This document shows, in pieces, positions 18,956-27,729 of a stretch of DNA of 64,000 bases (positions are counted from its first letter, which is position 1; every line of letters begins with the position of its first letter). Location of the stretch: NCBI GenBank assembly GCA_965227405.1, contig OZ245758.1:2932338-2996337 (forward strand), given 5' to 3'. Source of the stretch: Polyangiales bacterium (GTDB taxonomy: Bacteria; Myxococcota_A; Polyangia; Polyangiales; Houyiibacteriaceae). The notes under the pieces were generated by a model that was not told the DNA's origin, searched no databases, and saw nothing but the letters and a program-made list of their open reading frames with translations. A program made the translations under genes and the position numbers.

Positions 18956-19762
18956 CTAGCGCATCGTCGCTGCAGGGGTCTGCCGCCACGAAAACGTGAG
19001 CGGCACGACGACGGTCGTACTGACCCGCGCCGGAAATCGCCACCGACGCGTCGCTTCAAGCACACACACGGCCGTTTGCGTCGACTGTTCACTCGTCGAC
19101 TCAACTACGTTCCCTGCGCGGATCACGATCTTCACGTCGATGTCTTCCTGCGTCCGACGAGCGAAACACTCCTGAAGCTCACGACGTTGACGACGCACCA
19201 CTCGACGCACCGTGGACGCACGGGCTCCGCGAATCGTTCCAACCTCGACGTGGGTCGAGTGCGTTCCGTGAAGTCGTTCAAGTGTCCGACTGAATTGATT
19301 CGCCAACTCGCTCTGTCGGACTTGGTCGGGGTCGAACCCGAATTCGTTTGGCCCATTTGGTCCAAGCCGTTCGCCGCGAGGGCCTCGCAGTTCGCCCACG
19401 GTTTGGTGCTCAAGATTCGGAGGAGGTGAGGCTATGTGAACCTGCAGTCTTCCAGAACCTGAAGGCAGCTCGATGGAAGCAAGAACCTCGCGGATGCACT
19501 GGGTCTGCGTGCGTCGCGATACGTCCGGAACCGTTCGCTGCAACACGACGTCACTGACCCGTCCGTCCCGAAACACTGCGCGAAAGCGCCACGTAGCATC
19601 CAAGCTACCCACGCAGTCGCGAACACGAGTTCGGAGAGCAGGAATTCGCTGCCGCATCGATGGGGTGTCCAACGAACTCGACATCGAGATCGTGATATCG
19701 ATTGGTTGCTGAGCACGAGCACTGACACTCAGCAGAAGACCGAGTGTTGCGAGAGATCGCAT
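18956..19762 (-). CDS. secreted protein with two internally repeated Cys-containing domains
   Basis: Signal peptide MRSLATLGLLLSVSARAQQP. Two similar roughly 90-aa modules, each starting with a Cys (VRDCVGSLD... and LQECFARRT...) and ending in a V.LE/LASIELP-like strand. They resemble a TonB-C-like mixed alpha/beta fold. Confidence 0.45.
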   Translation of the reverse strand: MRSLATLGLLLSVSARAQQPIDITISMSSSLDTPSMRQRIPALRTRVRDCVGSLDATWRFRAVFRDGRVSDVVLQRTVPDVSRRTQTQCIREVLASIELPSGSGRLQVHIASPPPNLEHQTVGELRGPRGERLGPNGPNEFGFDPDQVRQSELANQFSRTLERLHGTHSTHVEVGTIRGARASTVRRVVRRQRRELQECFARRTQEDIDVKIVIRAGNVVESTSEQSTQTAVCVLEATRRWRFPARVSTTVVVPLTFSWRQTPAATMR

Positions 19763-19820
19763 CGCCGGTGAACGCAGCAGCACCAGAATTGGTACGCCAA
19801 GGAGAGGTGGCTACTTCCTC

Positions 19821-20516
19821 TCAGAAACGCACCCGCACTCCACTCGCATCCAACGCAACATCGTCATCGTCGTCACCGCCCACAAGCAACCAGATCACTC
19901 CCGTGACTGCCGTTGCCGCTGCAATCCCGATCATCACGTCCGTCGAGATCGTCAGCCGATCCAACCGGTTCAGATCATCGCGCCGATCCGGTCCGCAGTC
20001 GCCCATTGGACACGCGTCATCCAGGTCGCCTCGTTGGGATAGCGCAAGTCCTCCGGTGATCGCTGCAGCAATCGCACTCGCTCCACCCACCGCAATCAGT
20101 GTGATCGCTCCAATGTTCGCGCTGCTCTCCGGCTCAACTGGAACCGCGACCTGCACAGGATCTTCCTCCGGCTCGTCTGCAGCCGCAGCAGCAATCTGCT
20201 CTTCCAACACGCCAATCCGCGACTCGGTGTAGTCACGGTTCTGCGCGTCTGGCGTGGCTTCGAGGTAGTCCCGGTAGTAGCGCAGCGCGTCTTCGGCATG
20301 GCCAAGACGATCGTGCGCGGTCGCGATGTTGTAGAGCAGTTCACTTCGCGGCGCGAGTTCGTAGGCGCGCGCAAAGCGGTCGAGTGCAACAGCGAACTGC
20401 CCTCGAGAGAACGCGGCCGAGCCTTCTTCGAACGCCTCACGGGCTTCGGCAATTCGATCCTGCGCATGCGCCATCGACGCACTCAAACAACACACCAAGA
20501 GCACAACGCGCATCAC
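19821..20516 (-). CDS. signal peptide / TPR-like / C-terminal TM protein
   Basis: Signal peptide MMRVVLLVCCLSASMAHA. One clear TPR-like helix pair (FSRGQFAVALDRFARAYELAPRSELLYNIATAHDRLGHAEDALRYYRDYLE). An acidic linker. A C-terminal TM helix (VMIGIAAATAVTGVIWLLV). Its GTG start overlaps the stop of the upstream RCC1 gene in GTGA. Confidence 0.6.
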   Translation of the reverse strand: MMRVVLLVCCLSASMAHAQDRIAEAREAFEEGSAAFSRGQFAVALDRFARAYELAPRSELLYNIATAHDRLGHAEDALRYYRDYLEATPDAQNRDYTESRIGVLEEQIAAAAADEPEEDPVQVAVPVEPESSANIGAITLIAVGGASAIAAAITGGLALSQRGDLDDACPMGDCGPDRRDDLNRLDRLTISTDVMIGIAAATAVTGVIWLLVGGDDDDDVALDASGVRVRF

Positions 20517-23500
20517 AACCCCCTTACCAGTTCAGGAGTCGGCCGCCGAAGGGGTGCTCCGGTTCCGCATGCTCCGTTCCAACACGCACCCCAACACACA
20601 GCCGTTCGATCCGAACGAATCGCACACGTGGTTTGCGTATCGAACCCGCCGCTACCCATTTCGGCGGCGTCGTCGATGCCCAACACCTGCATCGGCGTCC
20701 GGGTGTCGTCCGTGGTGCCGTTGCCCAACTCGTAGTTCGTGTTGCGACCCCAGCACCACACGCTTCCATCTGCGCGCACAGCACATGAGTGCGCGCTGTA
20801 CGTGCCCACGCTCACCGCATCGGCCAACCCGGGAACGGCGGACGGCGCGGTCGGTCCAGCGGTTCCCGGGTTACCGACTTGGCCTGAGCCGTTGCTGCCC
20901 CAGCAGATAACCTGGCCCTGACCTGCGATCCCTCCCTCTTGAATCGCGCACGCGTGAACGTGACCTGCGCTGATCGCGATCGCGTTGTCCACACCCGGTA
21001 CATCCATCGGTGTTGTGGAGTCAGTCGGAGCATCGGCACCGAGTTGCAAGGAACTGTTCTCGCCCCAACAGCTCACTTGTCCTGTGCTCCGAAGCACACA
21101 CGCAAACGCAGATCCCACGGCGAGCTCTGTTGCGTTGTCGACCGACACGACGGCTTCACCCGGCGTCAGGTCCATACTCGGCGTTGCGCTGCCTCGTCCG
21201 AGTTGTCCGCTAGCGTTCGATCCCCAGCAGTAGATTTCGGTGCCTTGGCGTGCACAGCCGTGGTTGTCGCCGAGTCCAACGTCGTCTTCGCTGCCCGTAA
21301 GATCAACGAGAACGGGTGTCGACAACGTCCCGGTCGTGCCGTTGCCGAGTCGCCCCGAGTTGTTTCCGCCAAATCCGTACGCTTGTCCCAGTCCCACCAA
21401 CACGGTTGCGCGATTCACCGCATGGACACGCGTGGCACCGGTTCCAAGCGCTCCTGGTACTGCAGACGAGACCGTACGTACGCCGGTTCCTGTTTGGCCT
21501 TCGTCTGCGCGACCCCAGCAATACGCTGTCCCGTCTGCACCAGCACACGCGTGAATAAACCCGGCGCTGATCGAACTAACGTTGCTCAGCCCCATCACCG
21601 GAAGGTCGGGTTGTGTGCGGACGATGGTCGCTTCGCGTCCGAGTTGGCCGTGTTTGTTGTCGCCCCAACACCACAACCGTCCGTTGTCGATGGCACATGT
21701 GTGGAGAAAGAGCGCGAAGAGTTGCGCGCTACTCGGAACACCCACAGGTGCAACAGGTGTGGCCGTGGACGGCGTGAGCATGCCGTCGCCGAGTTCACCG
21801 AAACTGCGATTGCCCCAACAACGCGCGTTGCCGTCGACCGTTGCACACGTGTGTCCGCTTCCGGCGCTCAGTTGGGTCACATCGGAGATCGCGTCGATGC
21901 GCGTGGGCGAACGCATCCCGTCCAAAGGAACCAATCCCAGCTGGTTGAAGGTGTTCGCGCCCCAGCAATAGAGCACACCGGCCGTTGTTGCTGCGCACGT
22001 GTGACTGTTGCCTGCAGCGATCGTTGCCACATCGCTGAGTCCGACATCAACGGCGGAGAGTGCCGGGTCGATCGTCCCGTCTCCGACAGTGCCGTTTGTG
22101 TTGGTTCCCCAGCAACGCATGGTGCCGTCAACCAATCTTGCGCAGCCGCCTGACCCCGCGACGGCAATCTCCGCGACATCTACGTCCAACCCAGCGACAC
22201 GCGCAGGAGTGGCTTGCGTGAGGTTGCCGGTTGTTCCGATTCCGAGCTGTCCAAAGTCGTTGCGCCCCCAACACCACACCCGCTGCGCATCGTCGAGCGC
22301 GCACGTAATCCACTGCTTGGCTTCGATCTGCGTGAACGTGCGCGCGTTGAATGCTGCGTCGCCGACCGATTCGACAGGCACGTTTGAGATCGAGATGGGG
22401 TTCGCGAGCACACCATAGGTGCCGCTTCCCCAACACCAAATTTCACCGTCGACGTCGATGGCGCACGTGTGTTGAAACCCGACAGCGACGTCACGAACGA
22501 GTAACGGCATCGCGGTGTCCGGGTTGAGAACCAAGTTTGGGTTGGGTCGTGCAGTGTTGGTGCCGTCGCCCATCTCACCGCGCCAGTTGATGCCCCAACA
22601 CTCGAGTCGCCCAGATTCCCGAACGGCACACGTGTGGTCGACGTATCCATCGACGTTGATGATCGGATCGCAGAACCCGTCGAGGCAGGTGTCGGCGCAG
22701 ACCGCTCCGCATGCGCCGCAGTGGTCGGCCGTGTTCAGATCTTGCTCGCATCCGTCCATGGGGTCGTCGTTGCAATCCGCAAAACCTGGGTCGCAGGAGA
22801 CGATTTCGCAGCTGCCGGTGCAGGTCCACGTCGCGTTGCCGCCGGTACACGGCTGGTCGCACGCCCCACAGTGTTCGAGGCTGCTCGTCGTATCGGTTTC
22901 ACACCCTGCGTCGTCGGTGCAGTCACCAAACCCGGATTCGCACTCCAGTCCGCACATGCCGGCTTCGCACGTGGGTGTGGAACGCGGTGCAGTCGGACAC
23001 GCGTCGCAACCGCCGCAATGAAGTGGATCGGTCTGCGTATCGACGCAGCTTCCTTCACAGAGCTCCGCTGTGTCTGGACAGCTCTCAACACAGGTGAAGG
23101 GTTCGGTCCGCGCATCACACACCGGCGTGGCCGCGTCGCAAGTGTTGAAACAGTCGCCGCAGGTCGCGGGGCTGTCCAAGCGCGCTTCGCATCCGTCATC
23201 AAGGATGCCGTTGCAGTCGTTGAAGCCCATCTGACAGGTGTCGATCTGACAGTCGCCGCTTACACAACTCTCGCTCGCACTCGGAACATCACACCGGTCC
23301 ATGCACGCACCGCAGTGATCCAGAGAGGAGTCCGTGTCGGCTTCGCAGCCGGTATCAAATCGCGTGTCGCAATCGGCGAACGTGCCTTCGCACGAGACGA
23401 TCGCGCACACGCCGTCACTGCACTCGCCTTCGCCGTTGGCGACGACACATTCATCGTCGGTCATGCACTCGATGGGGATCGCGTCGGTCCCCGCGTCATC

Positions 23501-23581
23501 CACGACTCGAAAGTCGCCAGAACCTGCAACCAAGGTGCACCCCAGAAGGGGCACCAAACCGACCGAAACCCAAGCGCGCAC
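20513..23581 (-). CDS. secreted lipoprotein: N-terminal Cys-rich repeats plus C-terminal RCC1 (regulator of chromosome condensation) beta-propeller repeats
   Basis: About 1020 aa. The N-terminal third has repeated CxxCxD...DxxTDxxHCGxC units. The C-terminal two-thirds have at least 7 RCC1 repeats (HTCA....CWG.N..GQLG). I moved the start to the GTG at 23581, giving MRAWVSVGLVPLLGC, a lipoprotein signal. Confidence 0.8.
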   Translation of the reverse strand: MRAWVSVGLVPLLGCTLVAGSGDFRVVDDAGTDAIPIECMTDDECVVANGEGECSDGVCAIVSCEGTFADCDTRFDTGCEADTDSSLDHCGACMDRCDVPSASESCVSGDCQIDTCQMGFNDCNGILDDGCEARLDSPATCGDCFNTCDAATPVCDARTEPFTCVESCPDTAELCEGSCVDTQTDPLHCGGCDACPTAPRSTPTCEAGMCGLECESGFGDCTDDAGCETDTTSSLEHCGACDQPCTGGNATWTCTGSCEIVSCDPGFADCNDDPMDGCEQDLNTADHCGACGAVCADTCLDGFCDPIINVDGYVDHTCAVRESGRLECWGINWRGEMGDGTNTARPNPNLVLNPDTAMPLLVRDVAVGFQHTCAIDVDGEIWCWGSGTYGVLANPISISNVPVESVGDAAFNARTFTQIEAKQWITCALDDAQRVWCWGRNDFGQLGIGTTGNLTQATPARVAGLDVDVAEIAVAGSGGCARLVDGTMRCWGTNTNGTVGDGTIDPALSAVDVGLSDVATIAAGNSHTCAATTAGVLYCWGANTFNQLGLVPLDGMRSPTRIDAISDVTQLSAGSGHTCATVDGNARCWGNRSFGELGDGMLTPSTATPVAPVGVPSSAQLFALFLHTCAIDNGRLWCWGDNKHGQLGREATIVRTQPDLPVMGLSNVSSISAGFIHACAGADGTAYCWGRADEGQTGTGVRTVSSAVPGALGTGATRVHAVNRATVLVGLGQAYGFGGNNSGRLGNGTTGTLSTPVLVDLTGSEDDVGLGDNHGCARQGTEIYCWGSNASGQLGRGSATPSMDLTPGEAVVSVDNATELAVGSAFACVLRSTGQVSCWGENSSLQLGADAPTDSTTPMDVPGVDNAIAISAGHVHACAIQEGGIAGQGQVICWGSNGSGQVGNPGTAGPTAPSAVPGLADAVSVGTYSAHSCAVRADGSVWCWGRNTNYELGNGTTDDTRTPMQVLGIDDAAEMGSGGFDTQTTCAIRSDRTAVCWGACWNGACGTGAPLRRPTPELVRGL

Positions 23582-23623
23582 GATTTCGACGATAGGTGGG
23601 GGATCCGGCAATAACCGGTGGTT

Positions 23624-23662
23624 TCGATGTCGAATCGATGTCGAAACTGGGTCGACATCGAC
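23624..23662. promoter_or_regulatory. operator-like repeat cluster: tandem TCGATGTCGAA x2 plus inverted copy TCGACATCGA
   Basis: Read directly from the sequence. Two contiguous 11-bp direct repeats (23624-23645) and an inverted copy (23652-23662), 6 bp apart. They lie in the 91-bp divergent intergenic region between the RCC1 lipoprotein gene and the AAA/HTH regulator gene. Confidence 0.4.
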
Positions 23663-23672
23663 GTACCGTACG

Positions 23673-25694
23673 GTGGTGAAGGCCAGGGTCCACGAGCTGC
23701 ATCCCCCCGAGAGCTTGGGGGATCTCGTCGACCGCGAAGCCCAACAGCGCTTTGTTGGACGTGAGCAGGAACTCGCGACGCTTCAGGCGCACCTTCGCGA
23801 CGCGGAGACATCGCCACGGGTGGTCACGCTGGTGGGTGCTGCCGGGACCGGCAAGACAACCATCGCATCAAACCTGCGCGCGCAGTGCGAGCGCGAGGGA
23901 CGTCGAGTGCTGTGGGTGTCGGGCGAGGCGTCGTTGCCTGCGACGACACGAGCCACGTTGGCTGAGCAGGTTCCGCAGTTTGGACGAGGAACGACCGCCG
24001 ACTTGGTTGTTGTTGACGGCTTCGAACGGATCTCTGGCATTGCAGCGTGGTTCTTCCAAGAGCTCTTGCCGACTGCCGGCACGCGCCTCTTGGTGTTGAT
24101 CACCTCGCGTGAGCGACTTGGGGCGCGAATCCGCTCCAACATAGGGTTGCAGAAGTTGCTGCACGGTATGGAGCTCTCCGCGTTTGCGACGAACGAGGCG
24201 AAGCAACTACTCGATGCAGCCAACGTTCCCGAAGACGACCACGACACGATCATCCAGTTTACGGGCGGGCTCCCACTCGCGTTGGCGTTGGTGATCGAGA
24301 GCTACCAACTTGACGACGCGTATCGCTTCAACGTTACCGCGCCAGGCGAAGTGGTCGACGTGTTGATGCAAGAGCTACTGCGCGACGTGGACGACACGAG
24401 TTTGCGCGAGGCGATCGATGCGCTGTGCATCGTGCCCTACACCGACCAAGAGCTGCTGCAGCACATGCTGGGAGAGGAGCAGGGACTGGCGGCGTTTGCG
24501 GTGCTGCGGAAGCTGAGTTTTGTGCGTCAGGAAGACCAGCGTCTCAAACCGCACGATTGGGCACGTTCTGCGGCGTACAGTGACTTGTCGGCGCGACGTC
24601 CAAACGAACTGACGCGACTGGCTCAACGCGCGATTGCCCTGCTGGTTGACCGAGCGAGCACCGCGGAACCAGCACAGATGCGTGAACTGATTCTTCAGGC
24701 GTTGATGTCGCGGCGCGATCGCCCCGAGGTTCGTGCGCTGGGTCTGACGATCGTGGACGAGACCACGCTTCGTCGCGCCGAAGAAGTCGACGACCCCTTC
24801 ATCGAAGCTGCGATTGCGCAGTACGAATCCGAAGACGCGGTCGAAAGCTTTCGTCGCATGCGCCGCATGTACCCGGAAGGGTTCTTCGTGGTGTCTGACA
24901 TCGCCGGCAACGTGGTTGGGGTCATCGGCCATGTACCGGTGACCGATGATCCCGATCCCTTGATGCGTGTGACGTACGAGCTGGCCAAGGACCTGCCCGA
25001 GGAAGGGCACCATGGCGTGTCGGTCTTCCGTTGGTTCTTTGCGCTCGAGGGATATATGCAGCCCTCGCCTGCGATCGGTGCAGTGATGTTGAGTGGGCCG
25101 CTTGTGACGGCGAGCTCAACGCCGATCCCGCGCTACGCGTTCTTCATGGTTCCGCCGAGCTGGGGCGCGCAAGCACATCGAATGATGGTGACGCCGATCG
25201 TTCGAGAGCCAACTCAAGCTTTCGATCGTCCGTATGCGCCCTTTCTTCTGGACCTTGCTTCGTACGTGTCGGAGTGGACGCCGGCTGAGGTGATGAGTGC
25301 GTCGCTCAACACGATGGTGCAGCGCTTGCTCGAGCCGGTCGCAGGCTTGGATCGCGCGACGTTCGAAGCCGCAGTCAAAGACGCGATGGCAGCGCTGCAT
25401 CAACCCGCCGCACTCGAACGCACGGCTTTAGTTCGTGCGCGCTCCGTCTCTGAACCTCGCGATGCGGCAGCGATTGCCGCGTATCTTCGAAGCGGTGTGA
25501 ACGCGATGGCGGAGCGGCCACGGCAGTCGGATTGGGCGGATGTCCTGAACGCGACGTATGTTGAGCCGGCGGTGAAGCAACGCGCTGCAGCGACGGATCT
25601 CGGGATTCCGTTTGGGACGTACCGCTACCGGTTGAGGCGCGCACTCGCCACGTTGGCTGACGAGTTGTGGAGACTCGAGAGCAAAGCGCGCTAA
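23673..25694 (+). CDS. AAA+/STAND-type ATPase regulator with C-terminal sigma-70 region-4-like HTH
   Basis: P-loop FVGREQELATLQAHL...VVTLVGAAGTGKTTIA and a Walker B LVVVDGFE. The C-terminus LGIPFGTYRYRLRRALATLADEL resembles ECF sigma region 4.2 / LuxR-type HTH. The start is uncertain (GTG 23673); the upstream part of ORF 23334.. is antisense of the RCC1 gene. Confidence 0.55.
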   Translation: MVKARVHELHPPESLGDLVDREAQQRFVGREQELATLQAHLRDAETSPRVVTLVGAAGTGKTTIASNLRAQCEREGRRVLWVSGEASLPATTRATLAEQVPQFGRGTTADLVVVDGFERISGIAAWFFQELLPTAGTRLLVLITSRERLGARIRSNIGLQKLLHGMELSAFATNEAKQLLDAANVPEDDHDTIIQFTGGLPLALALVIESYQLDDAYRFNVTAPGEVVDVLMQELLRDVDDTSLREAIDALCIVPYTDQELLQHMLGEEQGLAAFAVLRKLSFVRQEDQRLKPHDWARSAAYSDLSARRPNELTRLAQRAIALLVDRASTAEPAQMRELILQALMSRRDRPEVRALGLTIVDETTLRRAEEVDDPFIEAAIAQYESEDAVESFRRMRRMYPEGFFVVSDIAGNVVGVIGHVPVTDDPDPLMRVTYELAKDLPEEGHHGVSVFRWFFALEGYMQPSPAIGAVMLSGPLVTASSTPIPRYAFFMVPPSWGAQAHRMMVTPIVREPTQAFDRPYAPFLLDLASYVSEWTPAEVMSASLNTMVQRLLEPVAGLDRATFEAAVKDAMAALHQPAALERTALVRARSVSEPRDAAAIAAYLRSGVNAMAERPRQSDWADVLNATYVEPAVKQRAAATDLGIPFGTYRYRLRRALATLADELWRLESKAR

Positions 25695-26459
25695 CGGTAC
25701 GGACCGTCGTTGAGCGGCGTCGTCGTAGATCCCTTCCACGTCTGCTTTGCGCTTCTTGCGTAAATGCTTGCGCGCGGTTTTGTAGAAGCTTCTGGGATTG
25801 CGCGTGAGTGCCTTCACGATGGCTTTGTCCGGCGTGTCCGCAAGCGTTGCGGCAAGTGCCAGCGCGTAAGAGAGATCCAACTCGGACAGTGCACCACGCC
25901 GCGAAAAGCCCCAGCCCGCCATGAGTCCATCGCTGGTCTGGTGAAACTGAAACGCTGTGTTCGCGAGAAACACTCCGAACCCAAGCAGGACAGCACCGAG
26001 ATCGACAAAGTACTCGCGGTCTTCTTCCTCACCCGGATACGGAGTTGCGGCTGACGTCACCATGTAGTGACTCATGCCGCGCGCGATCGTGGCGACAAGG
26101 TCAACCGGATCGTCGAGTTGAGCGGGGTCGTAGGGGATCGGAAACGGGTCGCCCTGAGCAATGGTTGTGCTCGATGTCTCGCTTGTGACAGGACCCGTCA
26201 ACGGGTGAGACATGCCCTTCAACACGTCGGCAACGTTGGGTGTCTGATGCAAGCTCATCACAAAGGGCCACTGCGTCAGACCGGTGTGTTTCATCGCAGT
26301 GTTGAGCAACGCGGATGCGCGAGCATGCGCATCCAACGACATGTCGACCGGAAAATCCTCCGGCGATGGGAAGAGCGTTCGACCCACGTTGGTGAAGTTC
26401 TCTAGCCACCAACGTGTCGCATCGAAAATCCAATCGATCGTTTCGTCGTCTGGCTTCAC
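25428..26459 (-). CDS. hypothetical protein (343 aa), Arg-rich C-terminal tail
   Basis: The N-terminal 250 aa look protein-like. The last roughly 90 codons are Arg-rich and overlap the 3' end of the convergent regulator gene by 267 nt, so either a genuine long overlap, a disordered tail, or a frame error is possible. Confidence 0.4.
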   Translation of the reverse strand: MKPDDETIDWIFDATRWWLENFTNVGRTLFPSPEDFPVDMSLDAHARASALLNTAMKHTGLTQWPFVMSLHQTPNVADVLKGMSHPLTGPVTSETSSTTIAQGDPFPIPYDPAQLDDPVDLVATIARGMSHYMVTSAATPYPGEEEDREYFVDLGAVLLGFGVFLANTAFQFHQTSDGLMAGWGFSRRGALSELDLSYALALAATLADTPDKAIVKALTRNPRSFYKTARKHLRKKRKADVEGIYDDAAQRRSVPLARFALESPQLVSQRGECAPQPVAVRPKRNPEIRRCSALLHRRLNIRRVQDIRPIRLPWPLRHRVHTASKIRGNRCRIARFRDGARTN

Positions 26460-26494
26460 ACAAGACAGCTAGCACGCTGCGGTAGTCTGCGGCC

Positions 26495-27724
26495 ATGACA
26501 CGGTTTGCACTCTTGGTGTTGGTCGCTTGCGGAGGTTCTCAGTCGCCAAGTTCGACGCCGGCAAGCACTCCGCAGCCTTCGTGCTCCGATCCCGCGATCG
26601 AGCTTTCGTTTGCATGGCCTGAAGACTTGATGGCGCGCGTTTACTCGGTCGAACGAACCGCGAGTCAGAACTCGGATGGCTCGCGTCCGATGGAAGGAGC
26701 TTCGGAAGCAGACTACGCGCTGCGGATTGAGCGGGACGCGAGTGCAACGCGTGTTCGGTTCGAGGCTGGCGACCGCGAGCGTCTTCGCAGCAACGGTCTT
26801 ATTCCGACGATCGGCGAAGCGCGCACGGTGGTGCACCTTGATGCTCGTGGAAAAGTCACTCGTGTCGATGGGGCTGCCTCGATGCGCGATCAACTCGCCG
26901 CGATGGTGCAGCGGCAACAGCTTACGCAAGAGCAGGCGGACGGGATTGTGCGGCCACTTGGCGACGCGGAACAACTCGTCAACGCGAGCGCGGCGTGGGG
27001 AAACCTGGTGTCCACGTGGCATCAACGTCGTTTTCAGTGCGGAGAAACGCAGACCGCGCGCATCACGACATCGGCGTTTTTCGCGGCGCCGATGCAAGAG
27101 GTCGATATGGATGTATCGCTGCAGTACGTGGGTGCAGTCGACTGCCCATCCACGCGTGAGGAAGGGGTTCGGTGTGTACATCTTCGATTGGAAGGAGAGA
27201 CCGAACCACAGTCGCTTCGCGCTGCGCGAGCGCGTCACTATCAGGGTGGAACCGAACCGCGACAGGCAAGGGTGCGTCGCGCTGTGGATCTGATTGTTGA
27301 GCCTGAAGGGCTGATTCCGCACGAAGTCACCATTGAAGAACTCTCCGAACTGGGTTGGCGTGGTGACATGGGCATCGGTCGCGAGATCTACGATGCAAGC
27401 CAGTACCGGTTTCGATATGGGCCGCAAACAACCCGCATCTTGATGAGCACCGATGGTGCCGGATTTGCGGTGATCGACGAGAGTGGTCGACCTGCACAAC
27501 GACCCGATACTCCCGAATGTCGTGCGTTGACCGCGTGCTGCAGTGCGGCGGGCACCGCAGAGCATCCGGGCGCGATCAACCTGATGTGCGCCATTTCGAT
27601 GACCCCTGCGCAAAGCGAGGGAGAAGAGAACCCATTGCCGCCCTGTGTCGCGGAACTCACCGCGGTGCACGGCGCGCTCGTCGCACAAGGCGCAACCATT
27701 CCCGAAGGGTGTTCGGTTCCCTAG
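26495..27724 (+). CDS. putative lipoprotein (409 aa)
   Basis: MTRFALLVLVACGGSQSP lipobox. Globular composition, several Cys near the C-terminus. The overlapping 538-aa minus-strand ORF is Arg-rich antisense. Confidence 0.55.
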   Translation: MTRFALLVLVACGGSQSPSSTPASTPQPSCSDPAIELSFAWPEDLMARVYSVERTASQNSDGSRPMEGASEADYALRIERDASATRVRFEAGDRERLRSNGLIPTIGEARTVVHLDARGKVTRVDGAASMRDQLAAMVQRQQLTQEQADGIVRPLGDAEQLVNASAAWGNLVSTWHQRRFQCGETQTARITTSAFFAAPMQEVDMDVSLQYVGAVDCPSTREEGVRCVHLRLEGETEPQSLRAARARHYQGGTEPRQARVRRAVDLIVEPEGLIPHEVTIEELSELGWRGDMGIGREIYDASQYRFRYGPQTTRILMSTDGAGFAVIDESGRPAQRPDTPECRALTACCSAAGTAEHPGAINLMCAISMTPAQSEGEENPLPPCVAELTAVHGALVAQGATIPEGCSVP

Positions 27725-27729
27725 ATGGC

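Noticed and set aside
20939-22153. 404-aa plus-strand ORF inside the RCC1 gene, and similar ORFs 22634..23614 and 30949..32580
   Set aside because: Antisense to confidently called repeat proteins. Arg/Cys/His-rich compositions arise from reading Cys/Gly/Asp codons backwards.
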